DNA of 64,000 nt from Candidatus Micrarchaeota archaeon (GCA_043812915.1 JBDRLQ010000012.1:1-64000), one strand, 5' to 3'; counted from the stretch's first letter, positions 1 to 9,072 are shown. Made by a program: numbers and translations. The notes: a model not told the origin generated them from the sequence alone.

Positions 1-228
1 CCCGTGGCACAATCCGAATTCCTCCTCCTTCCCGTTCACCACATTGGAGCAGAATTCGCTTGCGGCCTTTGTCCCAGCAAGTTTTCCGATTCCAGCAAAA
101 TGGTCGCAGTGCTCATGGGTTATTATGACGATGGAAGCGTCTGGGAGCTCTGTTCCGTATGGTGCGTCAATCAGTATGTTGCCTATAAGATAAGCATTGC
201 AAGACCCGGAGAATTTCCTGAGGCTCAT
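1..228 (-). CDS. MBL-fold metallo-hydrolase (3' part outside window)
   Basis: Not in the ORF track. Manual translation gives MSLRKFSGSCNAYLIGNILIDAPYG...IIT-HEHCDH-FAG (HxHxDH motif); the ATG overlaps the stop of the upstream gene (ATGA). Confidence 0.85.
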   Translation of the reverse strand, partial: MSLRKFSGSCNAYLIGNILIDAPYGTELPDASIVIITHEHCDHFAGIGKLAGTKAASEFCSNVVNGKEEEFGLCHG

Positions 229-485
229 AGCTCAAACCGGCTGTTCAGCTCTTCAATCGCGTTAGCAATTGAGATTCCTTTTTCCGTCAGCCTCACCACT
301 CTCTTCTTGCCCTGCGGTTCAATCACCACTATCCCCTCATCCTCAAGCCTGCTGGCCAGGCGGGTAACGTAAACATAGGTAGTGTCAGTGCTCTTAGCGA
401 GCCTGGAGAGGTGCCATGAGGTCTCCTTGTCTTTCAATGCCAACAGGATGCTGCATGGCTTCGGTCTTGCAAATAGTGTAAACAT
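225..485 (-). CDS. winged helix-turn-helix transcriptional regulator (MarR/ArsR-like)
   Basis: HLSRLAKSTDTTYVYVTRLASRLEDEG...RVVRLTEKG wHTH pattern. Start at 485 is chosen from TATA spacing; 506 is possible. Confidence 0.8.
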   Translation of the reverse strand: MFTLFARPKPCSILLALKDKETSWHLSRLAKSTDTTYVYVTRLASRLEDEGIVVIEPQGKKRVVRLTEKGISIANAIEELNSRFEL

Positions 486-822
486 AATGAAATTATCTGT
501 CAGCATATGGTTTTAATTGTATGTGGATTGGTAAAAACATGGAACCTGGTCTTTGGGAAGAGCATAATCCTCCATCTCAATCCCCGTCTTTGTTTCTGCC
601 CTCCTTTAATTTGGGTTTATCCAATTAGCCGCCTGAAGATTGGCAAATGATGTCACGAAGTGGAGGATTTCTTATAAATGCCCCGTTTCTCTTCGATAAA
701 AGCCGTGTCTACCGTCGATAGCTTTAAAAATCATAGACAGGATATAGACGTGCCGACATACGCGCTGGCGGATTGTAGGAAATACACGGACCGAGGATAT
801 CGGCCCGTACCAAGGTGACGAG

Positions 823-1038
823 ATGGGACAGAAAATCGGAACTGAAAAAATTTCCAGAGAGGATGGCTTTCTCTATTATATAGGGAAGGATGGATTTGTT
901 TGGGCAGCCCCTATGAAGCACAATAAGAGGGGAAGGAAGAAGAAGGTCGGCTCAGAGAAAGTGCAGAAAGAGAAAGGTTTCATGTACTACCTGGGCAAGG
1001 ATGGTTACGTTTACAGGGCTAAGCTCAAGAACGCATAA
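823..1038 (+). CDS. small basic protein made of two tandem repeats, function unknown
   Basis: AAGGTGA SD, TATA at ~723 and a T-tract after the stop. Repeats are EKISREDGFLYYIGKDGFV and EKVQKEKGFMYYLGKDGYV. Confidence 0.85.
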   Translation: MGQKIGTEKISREDGFLYYIGKDGFVWAAPMKHNKRGRKKKVGSEKVQKEKGFMYYLGKDGYVYRAKLKNA

Positions 1039-1040
1039 CC

Positions 1041-1062
1041 TTTCCTTTTTTTCTTTTCCTTT
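1041..1062 (+). terminator. oligo-T archaeal terminator
   Basis: tttccttttttttcttttccttt-like pyrimidine tract directly after the stop codon. Confidence 0.6.
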
Positions 1063-1119
1063 AAATATGCGGCAAATCCGCAGCCTTCACAGGTTTTGCC
1101 GGATTTGTGCATATTTAAA
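1060..1119. repeat. 60-bp imperfect inverted repeat
   Basis: TTTAAATATGC-g-GCAAATCCG ... CGGATTTGT-GCATATTTAAA. Confidence 0.8.
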
Positions 1120-1163
1120 AAACAAACCCTTACTAATTCTAACTTACTTCTTATACTACAGAG

Positions 1164-1568
1164 GTGGATTTTTTGCGAATAGTGATCTCAGACCCAAAAA
1201 CTGGAAAGAGCTTCCAGGTTGAGCTCCCGAAGGACCGGGAGGCCCAGCTTGCAGGCAAGAAGATTGGAGAGAAGATTGATGGCGGCATCTGCGGAGCTGC
1301 CGGCTACACGCTCGAATTGACGGGCGGAAGCGACGGAAGCGGGTTCCCCATGAGGGTGGACATCGAGGGACAGAGGAGGTCCTTTTCGCTGGTTACTAAA
1401 GGCGTCGGCTTCCACTCCAAGAGGAAGGGCGAAAGGAGGCGCAAGGCGCTTCTCGGAAATACATACTCAGGGCAAGTTGTCCAGGTGAATACTAAGGTCG
1501 TTGAGGCAGGTCCGACCCCGCTCGACGAGCTCTTCAAGAAGGAAGAGGCCGAGAAGAAGGAAGAATAG
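1164..1568 (+). CDS. rps6e: 30S ribosomal protein S6e
   Basis: IVISDPKTGKS...LELTGGSDGSGFPMRVD...GERRRK...QVNTKVV. Confidence 0.97.
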   Translation: MDFLRIVISDPKTGKSFQVELPKDREAQLAGKKIGEKIDGGICGAAGYTLELTGGSDGSGFPMRVDIEGQRRSFSLVTKGVGFHSKRKGERRRKALLGNTYSGQVVQVNTKVVEAGPTPLDELFKKEEAEKKEE

Positions 1569-1578
1569 GTGTTTTCCT

Positions 1579-2769
1579 TTGCAGGCCGAACTGAATATTG
1601 GACTCCTTGGCCATGTTGATCATGGCAAGACATCTCTTACGCATGCACTCAGCGGCAAGTGGACCGACACGCACAGCGAGGAGATTAAGCGGGGCATATC
1701 TATTCGGCTCGGCTATGCTGATTTTTCCATCTATTACTGCGACAAATGCAAGGCTTACGCCCTATCGGACAAGTGCGGGAAGTGCGGCGGAAAGGCGAAA
1801 CTCAAGCGGAAGATGTCGCTTGTCGACGCCCCTGGCCACGAGACGCTGATGACCACCGTCATTTCGGCCGCTTCCATCCTTGATGGAGCCCTTTTCCTTA
1901 TTGCAGCGAATGAGGAGTGCCCCCAGCCGCAGTCTGCAGAGCACCTGCTTGTCCTGAACTCCACCAATATAAAGAACATCATCGTGGTGCAGACTAAGGT
2001 CGACCTTGTGACAAAGGACGAGGCGATGAAGAATTACCAGGACATCAAGAAGTTCCTGAAAGGCACTGTTGCTGAGAATGCGCCCATCATCCCCATCTCA
2101 GCCCATTACAATCTCAATATTGACGGGCTTCTTGAGGCCATGGACAAGATGATGGTCGTTCCGGAGTCCAAGAAGGGCGAGCCCCTCCGGCTTTATGTGT
2201 CACGCTCATTCGACGTCAACCATCCCGGCTCAGAGATATCAACGCTCAATGGCGGGGTGGTTGGAGGTTCCATCGTTCAGGGGACTCTGAAGGTGGGAGA
2301 TGAGGTTGAAATCAAGCCTGGAGTTGTAAGAAGGGATGGGGAGAAGCCCAAGACGGTTGTATGCAAGGTCACTTCCCTGATGGAAGAAAGCGAGAAGCTG
2401 GAATCAGCGAATCCTGGTGGTCTGATTGCTGTCGGTACTTCGATTGACCCGGCGCTTGCAAAGTCCGACGCTTTGGTCGGTTCAGTTATCGGGCACAAGG
2501 GAAAGGTTCCCGATCCCGTGGAAACAATCAGAATAAAGTACGAGCTCCTAAAGAGGGAGGATGTTGAGAGCATCCCGCTGAAAGAAGGCGAGCCTGTTGT
2601 CGTCAATGTGCACGCGTCCACCGGGGTCGGGATGATATCCGACCTCTCGAAAGGGATTGCCACAATTAAGCTGAAAAAACCTACCGTCGTTTATGATGGG
2701 ATGCATGTCGCCCTGAGCCGGAGGATGGGTCAGAGATGGAGACTCTCCGCCTGGGGCAATGTCGTTTAA
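1579..2769 (+). CDS. eif2g: translation initiation factor 2 subunit gamma
   Basis: GHVDHGKT, HSEEIKRGISIRLGYAD, Zn knuckle, DAPGHE and C-terminal WRLSAWG. TTG start follows a GGTG SD. Confidence 0.97.
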   Translation: MQAELNIGLLGHVDHGKTSLTHALSGKWTDTHSEEIKRGISIRLGYADFSIYYCDKCKAYALSDKCGKCGGKAKLKRKMSLVDAPGHETLMTTVISAASILDGALFLIAANEECPQPQSAEHLLVLNSTNIKNIIVVQTKVDLVTKDEAMKNYQDIKKFLKGTVAENAPIIPISAHYNLNIDGLLEAMDKMMVVPESKKGEPLRLYVSRSFDVNHPGSEISTLNGGVVGGSIVQGTLKVGDEVEIKPGVVRRDGEKPKTVVCKVTSLMEESEKLESANPGGLIAVGTSIDPALAKSDALVGSVIGHKGKVPDPVETIRIKYELLKREDVESIPLKEGEPVVVNVHASTGVGMISDLSKGIATIKLKKPTVVYDGMHVALSRRMGQRWRLSAWGNVV

Positions 2770-2774
2770 TCATT

Positions 2775-2858
2775 GCTGAGGTCGCATAATCTGGTAGTGC
2801 GCCAGGTTGCTAACCTGGTGCTCGCAAGGGCTTGGGAGTTCAAATCTCCCCCTCAGCG
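2775..2858 (+). tRNA. tRNA-Ser(GCT)
   Basis: GCTGAGG/CCTCAGC acceptor, CCAGG-TTGCTAA-CCTGG anticodon arm, long variable arm, TTCAAAT loop. Confidence 0.95.
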
Positions 2859-2891
2859 CTCTTTTTAAAGCCATTTTACGAACTAGCAGAT

Positions 2892-3230
2892 ATGCTTGAC
2901 ATTATGCTCAGTATCCTGGACGGCCTATCATTGCTGCTAAGCATATTCGGAGTCTTCCTTGTCATCTACGGGGCTCTTCTTGCAATGTACCGGATAATAG
3001 TAATCGAATTCGGCCAGCTCAACCAGAGGTTCAGGAGATACGAGGACGCAAAGAGGATTTTCATCCAGAAGCTCATTTTCGCCCTGGACTTTTTTGTCGC
3101 AGCTGACATCCTCAAGCTTGTGATAAGGCCCAGCAGCACCGAGGAGCTCTTTGTGATAGGCGGAATAGTCGCAATCCGGACAATACTGAGCTTTTTCCTC
3201 TCGAAGGAAGTGCATCTGCACAAAGAATAG
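2892..3230 (+). CDS. DUF1622 family membrane protein
   Basis: ALDFFVAADILKLV...IVAIRTILSFFLSKE. Confidence 0.85.
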   Translation: MLDIMLSILDGLSLLLSIFGVFLVIYGALLAMYRIIVIEFGQLNQRFRRYEDAKRIFIQKLIFALDFFVAADILKLVIRPSSTEELFVIGGIVAIRTILSFFLSKEVHLHKE

Positions 3231-3306
3231 CCCGCTCACAGGCTATTCTTACAATCTTTTTCCACAAATAATAACATTTAAAAACAGATTTGCTCTAGTT
3301 ATTCAT

Positions 3307-3789
3307 ATGGATTCCAAAAGAATACTGGTCCCCCTAAAAAAGGCCGCAATCACGGCGGCAATGGCACTTACGCTGGTTAGCGCATGCACCGTCAGGTCAT
3401 GCTCTGGGCAGTCGCCACCGGCTTTAAGTCGAACTGCGCCGCTCCAGGAAAACATCATGAGATTCGAGAGGAGCGGAGTTTCTGCTGCTCCTCCAAATCC
3501 AAGGGATGGGGACTCCCGGAATGCTCAGGATGAAGAAGAAATGGAGAAAGATTGCGATCTGTTTTCAGAGCCTGATGGTTCTATCAGCATCAGCTGTATA
3601 ACTGTTCCAAGACGTCAGAATCATGCAGATGATGTTGACTTTGGGGATGATTCCGAGTTTGATATTGAAGATGAGAATCAGGAGACGGTTGATGAATCGG
3701 ATTTTGCCATCAATGATTCTCTAGATTTGGAGCTGCCAGGGGATGACGGTCCTGAGGACCGGGATGTTGAAGCTGACTCTGGGATGTAG
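3307..3789 (+). CDS. hypothetical acidic lipoprotein-like protein
   Basis: KKAAITAAMALTLVSAC signal/lipobox, Asp/Glu-rich C-terminus, TATA ~27 nt upstream. Confidence 0.7.
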   Translation: MDSKRILVPLKKAAITAAMALTLVSACTVRSCSGQSPPALSRTAPLQENIMRFERSGVSAAPPNPRDGDSRNAQDEEEMEKDCDLFSEPDGSISISCITVPRRQNHADDVDFGDDSEFDIEDENQETVDESDFAINDSLDLELPGDDGPEDRDVEADSGM

Positions 3790-3867
3790 GACTGCCATCA
3801 TCGGCGGTCCTGATCGTCAACATTTTTAAACAGTTTCATTCACATATATGGTGAGAGGAGAGGGGTT

Positions 3868-4113
3868 ATGCAGGACAATCTCACATTATATCAGAAGATG
3901 AAACTCAAGAGGCAGAAGGAAGCAGAGCCCGAGAGTTTTGAGAATACATACTCATTGCAGTCAATGGCAGGAAGGCTGGCGCTTCTTAGCCTGCTTTTTC
4001 TGTTCCTGTCGATAACCGTCCCTGAGATGAGGATGTTCGGAACAGCCTCTCTTGCAGGTCTGTTCCTGTTCCTCGTGTGCTACGGCTTCTTCCAGATAAA
4101 GAACAGCAGCTAA
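3868..4113 (+). CDS. hypothetical 2-TM membrane protein
   Basis: SD-like GAGG, two hydrophobic helices. Confidence 0.65.
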   Translation: MQDNLTLYQKMKLKRQKEAEPESFENTYSLQSMAGRLALLSLLFLFLSITVPEMRMFGTASLAGLFLFLVCYGFFQIKNSS

Positions 4114-4616
4114 GAAAAGAAGTAGGCTCCGTCGGCAAGGTCCACCTTTTTGACCCGCACTTCACCATTTTCTACGCTATGCTCAATGTGCGCTGGCCAG
4201 CATCCGGCTCCCTTGTTCTTCTCTCCCAGTTCGTCAATCCTGAATTTAAGGCCGCAGTTGTTGCAGGTAACAGAATCTCCGCTCTGGGAGTATCCTTTTC
4301 CTGCCCTCCAGCACACCTCGCAGGCGTCAAATGCTATCCGCGGCTGCCCGTCACTGCCAAGAACCGCCATGTACCTCACTTCACTTTCATCATGCTGGTA
4401 TGTGTAATGCTTGATTGTGGATGAGAGCTCTGAGATTGGAATTTTTACATAGTCATCCCCTGCAACTGCCCCACAATCCCCGTCCGCCGTGCATACTGCC
4501 GGCTCGAAAGAGGTTGCCGACGGATGTTGTCGAGATTCTGCGACGCTCTCCGGCGTGCCTGTGCACCCTGATACCAATATCATGATTACTGTCAATATGC
4601 CAAATATCTCCTTCAT
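4110..4616 (-). CDS. DUF2318 / FtrD-like Fe-S-binding lipoprotein
   Basis: LVSGC lipobox; AFDACEVC...GY...VTCNNCG...GCWP. Confidence 0.85.
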   Translation of the reverse strand: MKEIFGILTVIMILVSGCTGTPESVAESRQHPSATSFEPAVCTADGDCGAVAGDDYVKIPISELSSTIKHYTYQHDESEVRYMAVLGSDGQPRIAFDACEVCWRAGKGYSQSGDSVTCNNCGLKFRIDELGEKNKGAGCWPAHIEHSVENGEVRVKKVDLADGAYFFS

Positions 4617-4617
4617 G

Positions 4618-6801
4618 TCAACCACCATTGTCTATCTTCTTAAGATTAATCAGAATCGAATTCGTAACGACCGAAACAGAGCTCAGTGCCATCGCCCCTC
4701 CGGCTATCATCGGGTTGAGCAGAATCCCGAATGCCGGGAAAAGAACCCCTGCCGCAATGGGAATCCCGATTATATTGTAAATCAGGGCCCAGAACAGGTT
4801 CTGCTTTATCTTCGACATCGTTGTCCGCGAGAGCAGGATTGCCTTCCGCACATCCCCGAGCGAATTCCTCATCAGGATTATGTCTCCCGTCTCTATAGCG
4901 ACATCCGTGCCAGAGCCCATCGCAATGCCCAAATCGCTCATGGCGAGCGCAGGCGCATCATTTATCCCGTCTCCGACCATGGCGACAGTGTACCCCCTCT
5001 CCTTCAGCTTCCCAATCAGGCCGGCTTTCTTTGCCGGGGACACTCCAGCATAATATCCATCGACACCGGTCTGCCTGGCTATTGCTGAGGCGACTCTCTC
5101 ATTGTCTCCAGTTATTATGAAGGTCTTCAAGCCCAGCTTCTTTATTGCGGCAATTGACTCCTTCGAGTCCTCCCGGATTTTGTCCATCACCGCTGCCAGG
5201 CCGATTAACTTTTTGGATGAAGAGAGGAATACGACAGTGTTGCCTGTCTCCTCAAGCGCCCTGGCCGTGTTCATCGCCTCCCTCGGAATGATGGCTCCAA
5301 CGTCCTCCATCATGGCGGCGTTCCCGAGCGCGCAGTGAATATTTCCTATTTTTCCCTGGATGCCCTTTCCCGTCACTGCGGAGAACCTCTCCACTTTCAA
5401 AGCCTTCAGTTTCTTCTCCTCTGCGAACTTCACGAAAGACTCTGCCAGCGGATGCTCTGAGTTTTTCTCCAAGCTGTATGCAATTTTCAGAACTTCCTGC
5501 TCATTTGCCCCAAGAGGCACAATTGCCGATATCTCGGGCTTTCCAACCGTAATCGTCCCGGTCTTGTCGAAGGCAATCGCATCTATCTTTTCCGCCTTCT
5601 CAAGGACAGTTCCATTCCGTATGAGGATGCCCATGCCTGCCCCCCGCCCTGTTCCGACCATTATGGCGGTCGGGGTTGCGAGGCCAAGAGCGCAGGGACA
5701 GGCAATAACGAGGACTGACACCCCCAGAATAAGCGCGAATGAGAATGTGCTTGCCAGAACGAAATGCCATGCCATGAATGTCACCGCGGCAATCAGTATC
5801 ACGGCAGGAACGAAATATGAGGAAATCATGTCCGCATATCTTTGAATGGGGGCTTTCTGCGACTGGGCCTCCTCAACAAGCTTGATTATCTGGGCGAGTG
5901 TTGTATCTTCCCCGACCTTGGTTGCCTCGAATTCAAGCACGCCGTTCTTGTTTATGGTGCCCCCGATGACCTTGCTATCCTTGGTCTTCTCAATCGGGAT
6001 TGGCTCCCCGGTAATCATCGACTCATTGACCGTGGAATGGCCTGCCACCACAACACCGTCAACAGCAATCTTCTCTCCTGGCTTTACCATCAGGATGTTT
6101 CCCGCCTTGACGTCCGAGGCTTCTATGATTACTTCCTTCCCATCCTCGATTATCCTTGCCTTTTTTGGGGCCAGGTCCAGGAGATGGCGTATTGCCTCGC
6201 TGGCCTTTCCCTTTGCCCTTGCCTCAAGATATTTCCCGAACATCACCAGGGATATCAGGACTGCCGAGCTCTCGAAGTACGTCTCCGATCCGGAAGATGC
6301 TAGAACAAGGTACATAGAATAGAAGTAGGCCGCGCTTGTTCCGACTGCTATCAATGTGTCCATATCCGCAGTGCGGTTCCGCAGGGCATTGAACATCCCC
6401 TTGTAAAACGGCAGCCCGATATAGAACTGGACAGGAGTCGCGAGAAACCAAAGGACATAGGGCTTGTACGGAATATCAATCATGAACATTGCCAGGATAA
6501 AAATCGGGATTGCGAAAACGAAGCTGATTATCGTCTTTTTCCTGAAACCGGCAACCTCATCCTCGGTTGAAAAGCCCGCCACCTCGCCCCTTTCAATATC
6601 CTTGGCTCCATAGCCCGCGCCCTCAATTTTCTTGCTGATTTCTTCCCCGGAAATCTGCTTCTGGTCGAATTCGACCGTTGCAGTCCCGGTGCTAAAATTC
6701 ACGTTAGCGACCTTCACACCCTCCGTCTTCTTTAGCGTCTTCTCGATATTGAGCGCACAGCTGGCGCAATGCATCCCACTGACTATAATCTTCTTCTTCA
6801 T
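4618..6801 (-). CDS. copA: copper-translocating P1B-type ATPase
   Basis: GMHCASC HMA domain, TGEP, CPCALGLATP, DKTGT, HP, GDGINDAP, YN and MALSS motifs. Confidence 0.97.
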   Translation of the reverse strand: MKKKIIVSGMHCASCALNIEKTLKKTEGVKVANVNFSTGTATVEFDQKQISGEEISKKIEGAGYGAKDIERGEVAGFSTEDEVAGFRKKTIISFVFAIPIFILAMFMIDIPYKPYVLWFLATPVQFYIGLPFYKGMFNALRNRTADMDTLIAVGTSAAYFYSMYLVLASSGSETYFESSAVLISLVMFGKYLEARAKGKASEAIRHLLDLAPKKARIIEDGKEVIIEASDVKAGNILMVKPGEKIAVDGVVVAGHSTVNESMITGEPIPIEKTKDSKVIGGTINKNGVLEFEATKVGEDTTLAQIIKLVEEAQSQKAPIQRYADMISSYFVPAVILIAAVTFMAWHFVLASTFSFALILGVSVLVIACPCALGLATPTAIMVGTGRGAGMGILIRNGTVLEKAEKIDAIAFDKTGTITVGKPEISAIVPLGANEQEVLKIAYSLEKNSEHPLAESFVKFAEEKKLKALKVERFSAVTGKGIQGKIGNIHCALGNAAMMEDVGAIIPREAMNTARALEETGNTVVFLSSSKKLIGLAAVMDKIREDSKESIAAIKKLGLKTFIITGDNERVASAIARQTGVDGYYAGVSPAKKAGLIGKLKERGYTVAMVGDGINDAPALAMSDLGIAMGSGTDVAIETGDIILMRNSLGDVRKAILLSRTTMSKIKQNLFWALIYNIIGIPIAAGVLFPAFGILLNPMIAGGAMALSSVSVVTNSILINLKKIDNGG

Positions 6802-7010
6802 CTTTCCACCTTGGCGTTGTATCCTGCCCCTTCAATCTTCTTTATTATCTGTGCTTCTCCAATTGCAGCCTCGTCGAATCCAACAACTGCAGTTTCGCTT
6901 TCGAAGTCCACTCTCACATCCATGATCCCTTCGGTCTCCTTCAGGGTATCTTCCACATTGGGCGCGCAGGCCTTGCAGTGCATTTTTCCGATTTTCAGTT
7001 TTATCTCCAT
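6798..7010 (-). CDS. copZ: CopZ-like heavy-metal chaperone
   Basis: MHCKAC single HMA domain, 70 aa, coupled to copA. Confidence 0.88.
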   Translation of the reverse strand: MEIKLKIGKMHCKACAPNVEDTLKETEGIMDVRVDFESETAVVGFDEAAIGEAQIIKKIEGAGYNAKVER

Positions 7011-7015
7011 AAAAA

Positions 7016-8452
7016 TCACCTGCCTTCGCAGCCCCCACCGCATCCTCCGCCGCAGCCGCCACCGCAACTGCCTGTGCATCCCCCACCGGATGGAGGGGGC
7101 GGGGCAATCTTCTCAGGGCCGTTTGCTGAATAAGCCTTAATATCATCAGTCACTATGAACTGGCCCGGAATCATGCCCATCCAGCAGCTCCATCTGAAGG
7201 TGCCTTCCCCCTCAGGAGTGAATTCCACGGTCTGCAGCCCGGATTTCAGCTTGATATCCAGCCCGTATTCCGGAACGATAATCTCATTGTTGCATCCGTT
7301 GAGCTCTTTTCCATCAATTTCCCATCTCACCGGGACCCCGCGCTTGAGAACGAAGCTGCTAGGCTCCCAGCCGTAAGCGGTAACGTCCATATGTATTACC
7401 TGGTAATTGTCCTCTGTTATTGTGATATTTATCTGTGTTTCGTTGGGCCCGCCCCCATTAGAAATCGCAGCCGGGAGCACCGAAACTCCAATAAGATTCA
7501 GGCCATTGCTTGCCATTGCCAGCCCAAGGAAGATGACAAGTACCCCAGAGAACTTCACTATCTTGTGTGAGAATGCAGCGCTTAGGAAGTTCGAGGCTAT
7601 TCCGAAAGTCAGCAGGGGAACCAGAGTTCCGAGCCCGAAGAAGAAGAGCGCCTGCGCCCCTGCAATGGCGCTACCTGTTCCTGCAGCGAATATGTAGAGG
7701 GCCTGCAGGGGCCCGCAGGCAATCATGAAGCCATTCAGCAATCCGGTTGCCAGCGGCCCCCTGCTCTTTCCCCCACCCATGGGGATAAGTGAAGGAATCC
7801 TAAGCTGGAGCCTTCGTAATATCGGGAAGATGTTGAGCATGTTCAGCCCGTATATGACGAGGAAAGCGCCCGCGAGCAGCGCAACACTCCCCCGAAGTTC
7901 CGGGGTGAATGAAACCAGCGAGCCGACAATCCCGAACACTGCACCGATGGCAGCGTAGGATATGGTCTTTCCAGCCCCGTAGAACAAATGCGGTTTTAGG
8001 TCGCCTGCACTCCTCAGGTTCCCGGCATATGAGAGGACGAAGCCTCCACACATCCCGATGCAGTGGAAACCTGTCAGGAAGCCGAGCACGAAGAGGGCTG
8101 CGAACCCGGCTTCCATACTAATATTATACTCAAGATTGACGCCTTTTCCAAAAATGAAGTAGAATCCAACAAGTATGGCGAGAATCCCCAATGCAATTGC
8201 GAATGTCCCGAACTTTCCTAGCCTCGGGCCATCATCACCAATAGAATACCCACAGTCCTCAATTGCCCTCCTGATTGCACCCTCATCCGTCATTTTTGAA
8301 TCGTATTCAATTATTGTTGTCTCGTTCTGGTAATCCGGCTTAACGCTCTTTATGCCTTTCAGCTCATTTACAGCCGATGCTATCCGCTGCTCGCAGGAGT
8401 GGCATTCCATGCCTTTTGTTTTTAGCGTTAGCTTCTTTATTATCGAAATCAT
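7016..8452 (-). CDS. HMA + DsbD_2/TauE-like membrane domain + cupredoxin-like domain protein
   Basis: GMECHSC; HCIGMCGG and ACGPLQ; GCNNEI...WSCWMGM; Gly/Cys tail. Confidence 0.9.
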   Translation of the reverse strand: MISIIKKLTLKTKGMECHSCEQRIASAVNELKGIKSVKPDYQNETTIIEYDSKMTDEGAIRRAIEDCGYSIGDDGPRLGKFGTFAIALGILAILVGFYFIFGKGVNLEYNISMEAGFAALFVLGFLTGFHCIGMCGGFVLSYAGNLRSAGDLKPHLFYGAGKTISYAAIGAVFGIVGSLVSFTPELRGSVALLAGAFLVIYGLNMLNIFPILRRLQLRIPSLIPMGGGKSRGPLATGLLNGFMIACGPLQALYIFAAGTGSAIAGAQALFFFGLGTLVPLLTFGIASNFLSAAFSHKIVKFSGVLVIFLGLAMASNGLNLIGVSVLPAAISNGGGPNETQINITITEDNYQVIHMDVTAYGWEPSSFVLKRGVPVRWEIDGKELNGCNNEIIVPEYGLDIKLKSGLQTVEFTPEGEGTFRWSCWMGMIPGQFIVTDDIKAYSANGPEKIAPPPPSGGGCTGSCGGGCGGGCGGGCEGR

Positions 8453-8507
8453 GCAAAGCACCTACAATTCGCAGGACTGAAACGATACTTATTCCTTGGC
8501 GCAACCA

Positions 8508-8528
8508 TGGTTTCATTTTGCGAAACCA
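8508..8528. promoter_or_regulatory. putative operator palindrome between divergent promoters
   Basis: TGGTTTC-N7-GAAACCA, immediately upstream of TTTTATAAATA. Confidence 0.55.
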
Positions 8529-8567
8529 AAGCGCAATTTTATAAATATCCACCCATTATCCATCACT

Positions 8568-9068
8568 ATGGCGGATAAGAACCGGAAAGTGTTTCTGGGG
8601 TTGGTTGCAGTCGCACTATTCATGCTTGTCGTATTCTATGTGCCCCGGTTCTTCGAGCAGGAGGTTCCCAAGATATGCATAGAGGACGGGATATGCCAGC
8701 ATGAGCAGTATGCGGAAACAGTTATCGCCTTGATGCCAGCCATCATTGTACTTGGTTTCCTATTCGGTGTCGCGGCATCATATCTCTATTTCGAGAGAAA
8801 GATAGAGCTTCCCGTGCCATCGGCTGACAAGAACAAGGCTTATCTATCAATGCTGCACCCATCCGAAAGGAAGATAATGCAGAAGATAATAGAGAGTGGT
8901 GGGGAGTCTCTCCAGTCAGACCTATCAAGAATAGAGGGTGTTGGCAAAGTGAGGGCCCACCGCGTAATCGACCGCCTTATCAGAAGGGGAGTTCTTGAGA
9001 AAGAGGAAAAAGGGAAGACGAATATCCTCCGCCTAAGAAAAGACCTTAGAGAAGCGCTGAAATCCTGA
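8568..9068 (+). CDS. membrane-anchored winged-HTH transcriptional regulator
   Basis: Two TM helices flank CIEDGICQH; C-terminal LQSDL...KVRAHRVIDRLIRRGVLEKEEKGKTNILRL. Confidence 0.85.
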   Translation: MADKNRKVFLGLVAVALFMLVVFYVPRFFEQEVPKICIEDGICQHEQYAETVIALMPAIIVLGFLFGVAASYLYFERKIELPVPSADKNKAYLSMLHPSERKIMQKIIESGGESLQSDLSRIEGVGKVRAHRVIDRLIRRGVLEKEEKGKTNILRLRKDLREALKS

Positions 9069-9072
9069 TTTT

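Noticed and set aside
560..672. AATCCTCCA/TGGAGGATT inverted repeat enclosing a segment loosely like the 3' half of a fluoride riboswitch
   Set aside because: The required 5' GGnGAUG pseudoknot strand is absent and no crcB-type gene follows; the region remains unexplained.
1501..1578. N-terminal extension of aIF2-gamma in the ORF track
   Set aside because: It overlaps rps6e; the family begins at MQAELNIG (TTG 1579) after an SD.
2832..2891. Upstream start of the DUF1622 ORF
   Set aside because: It overlaps tRNA-Ser and the promoter.
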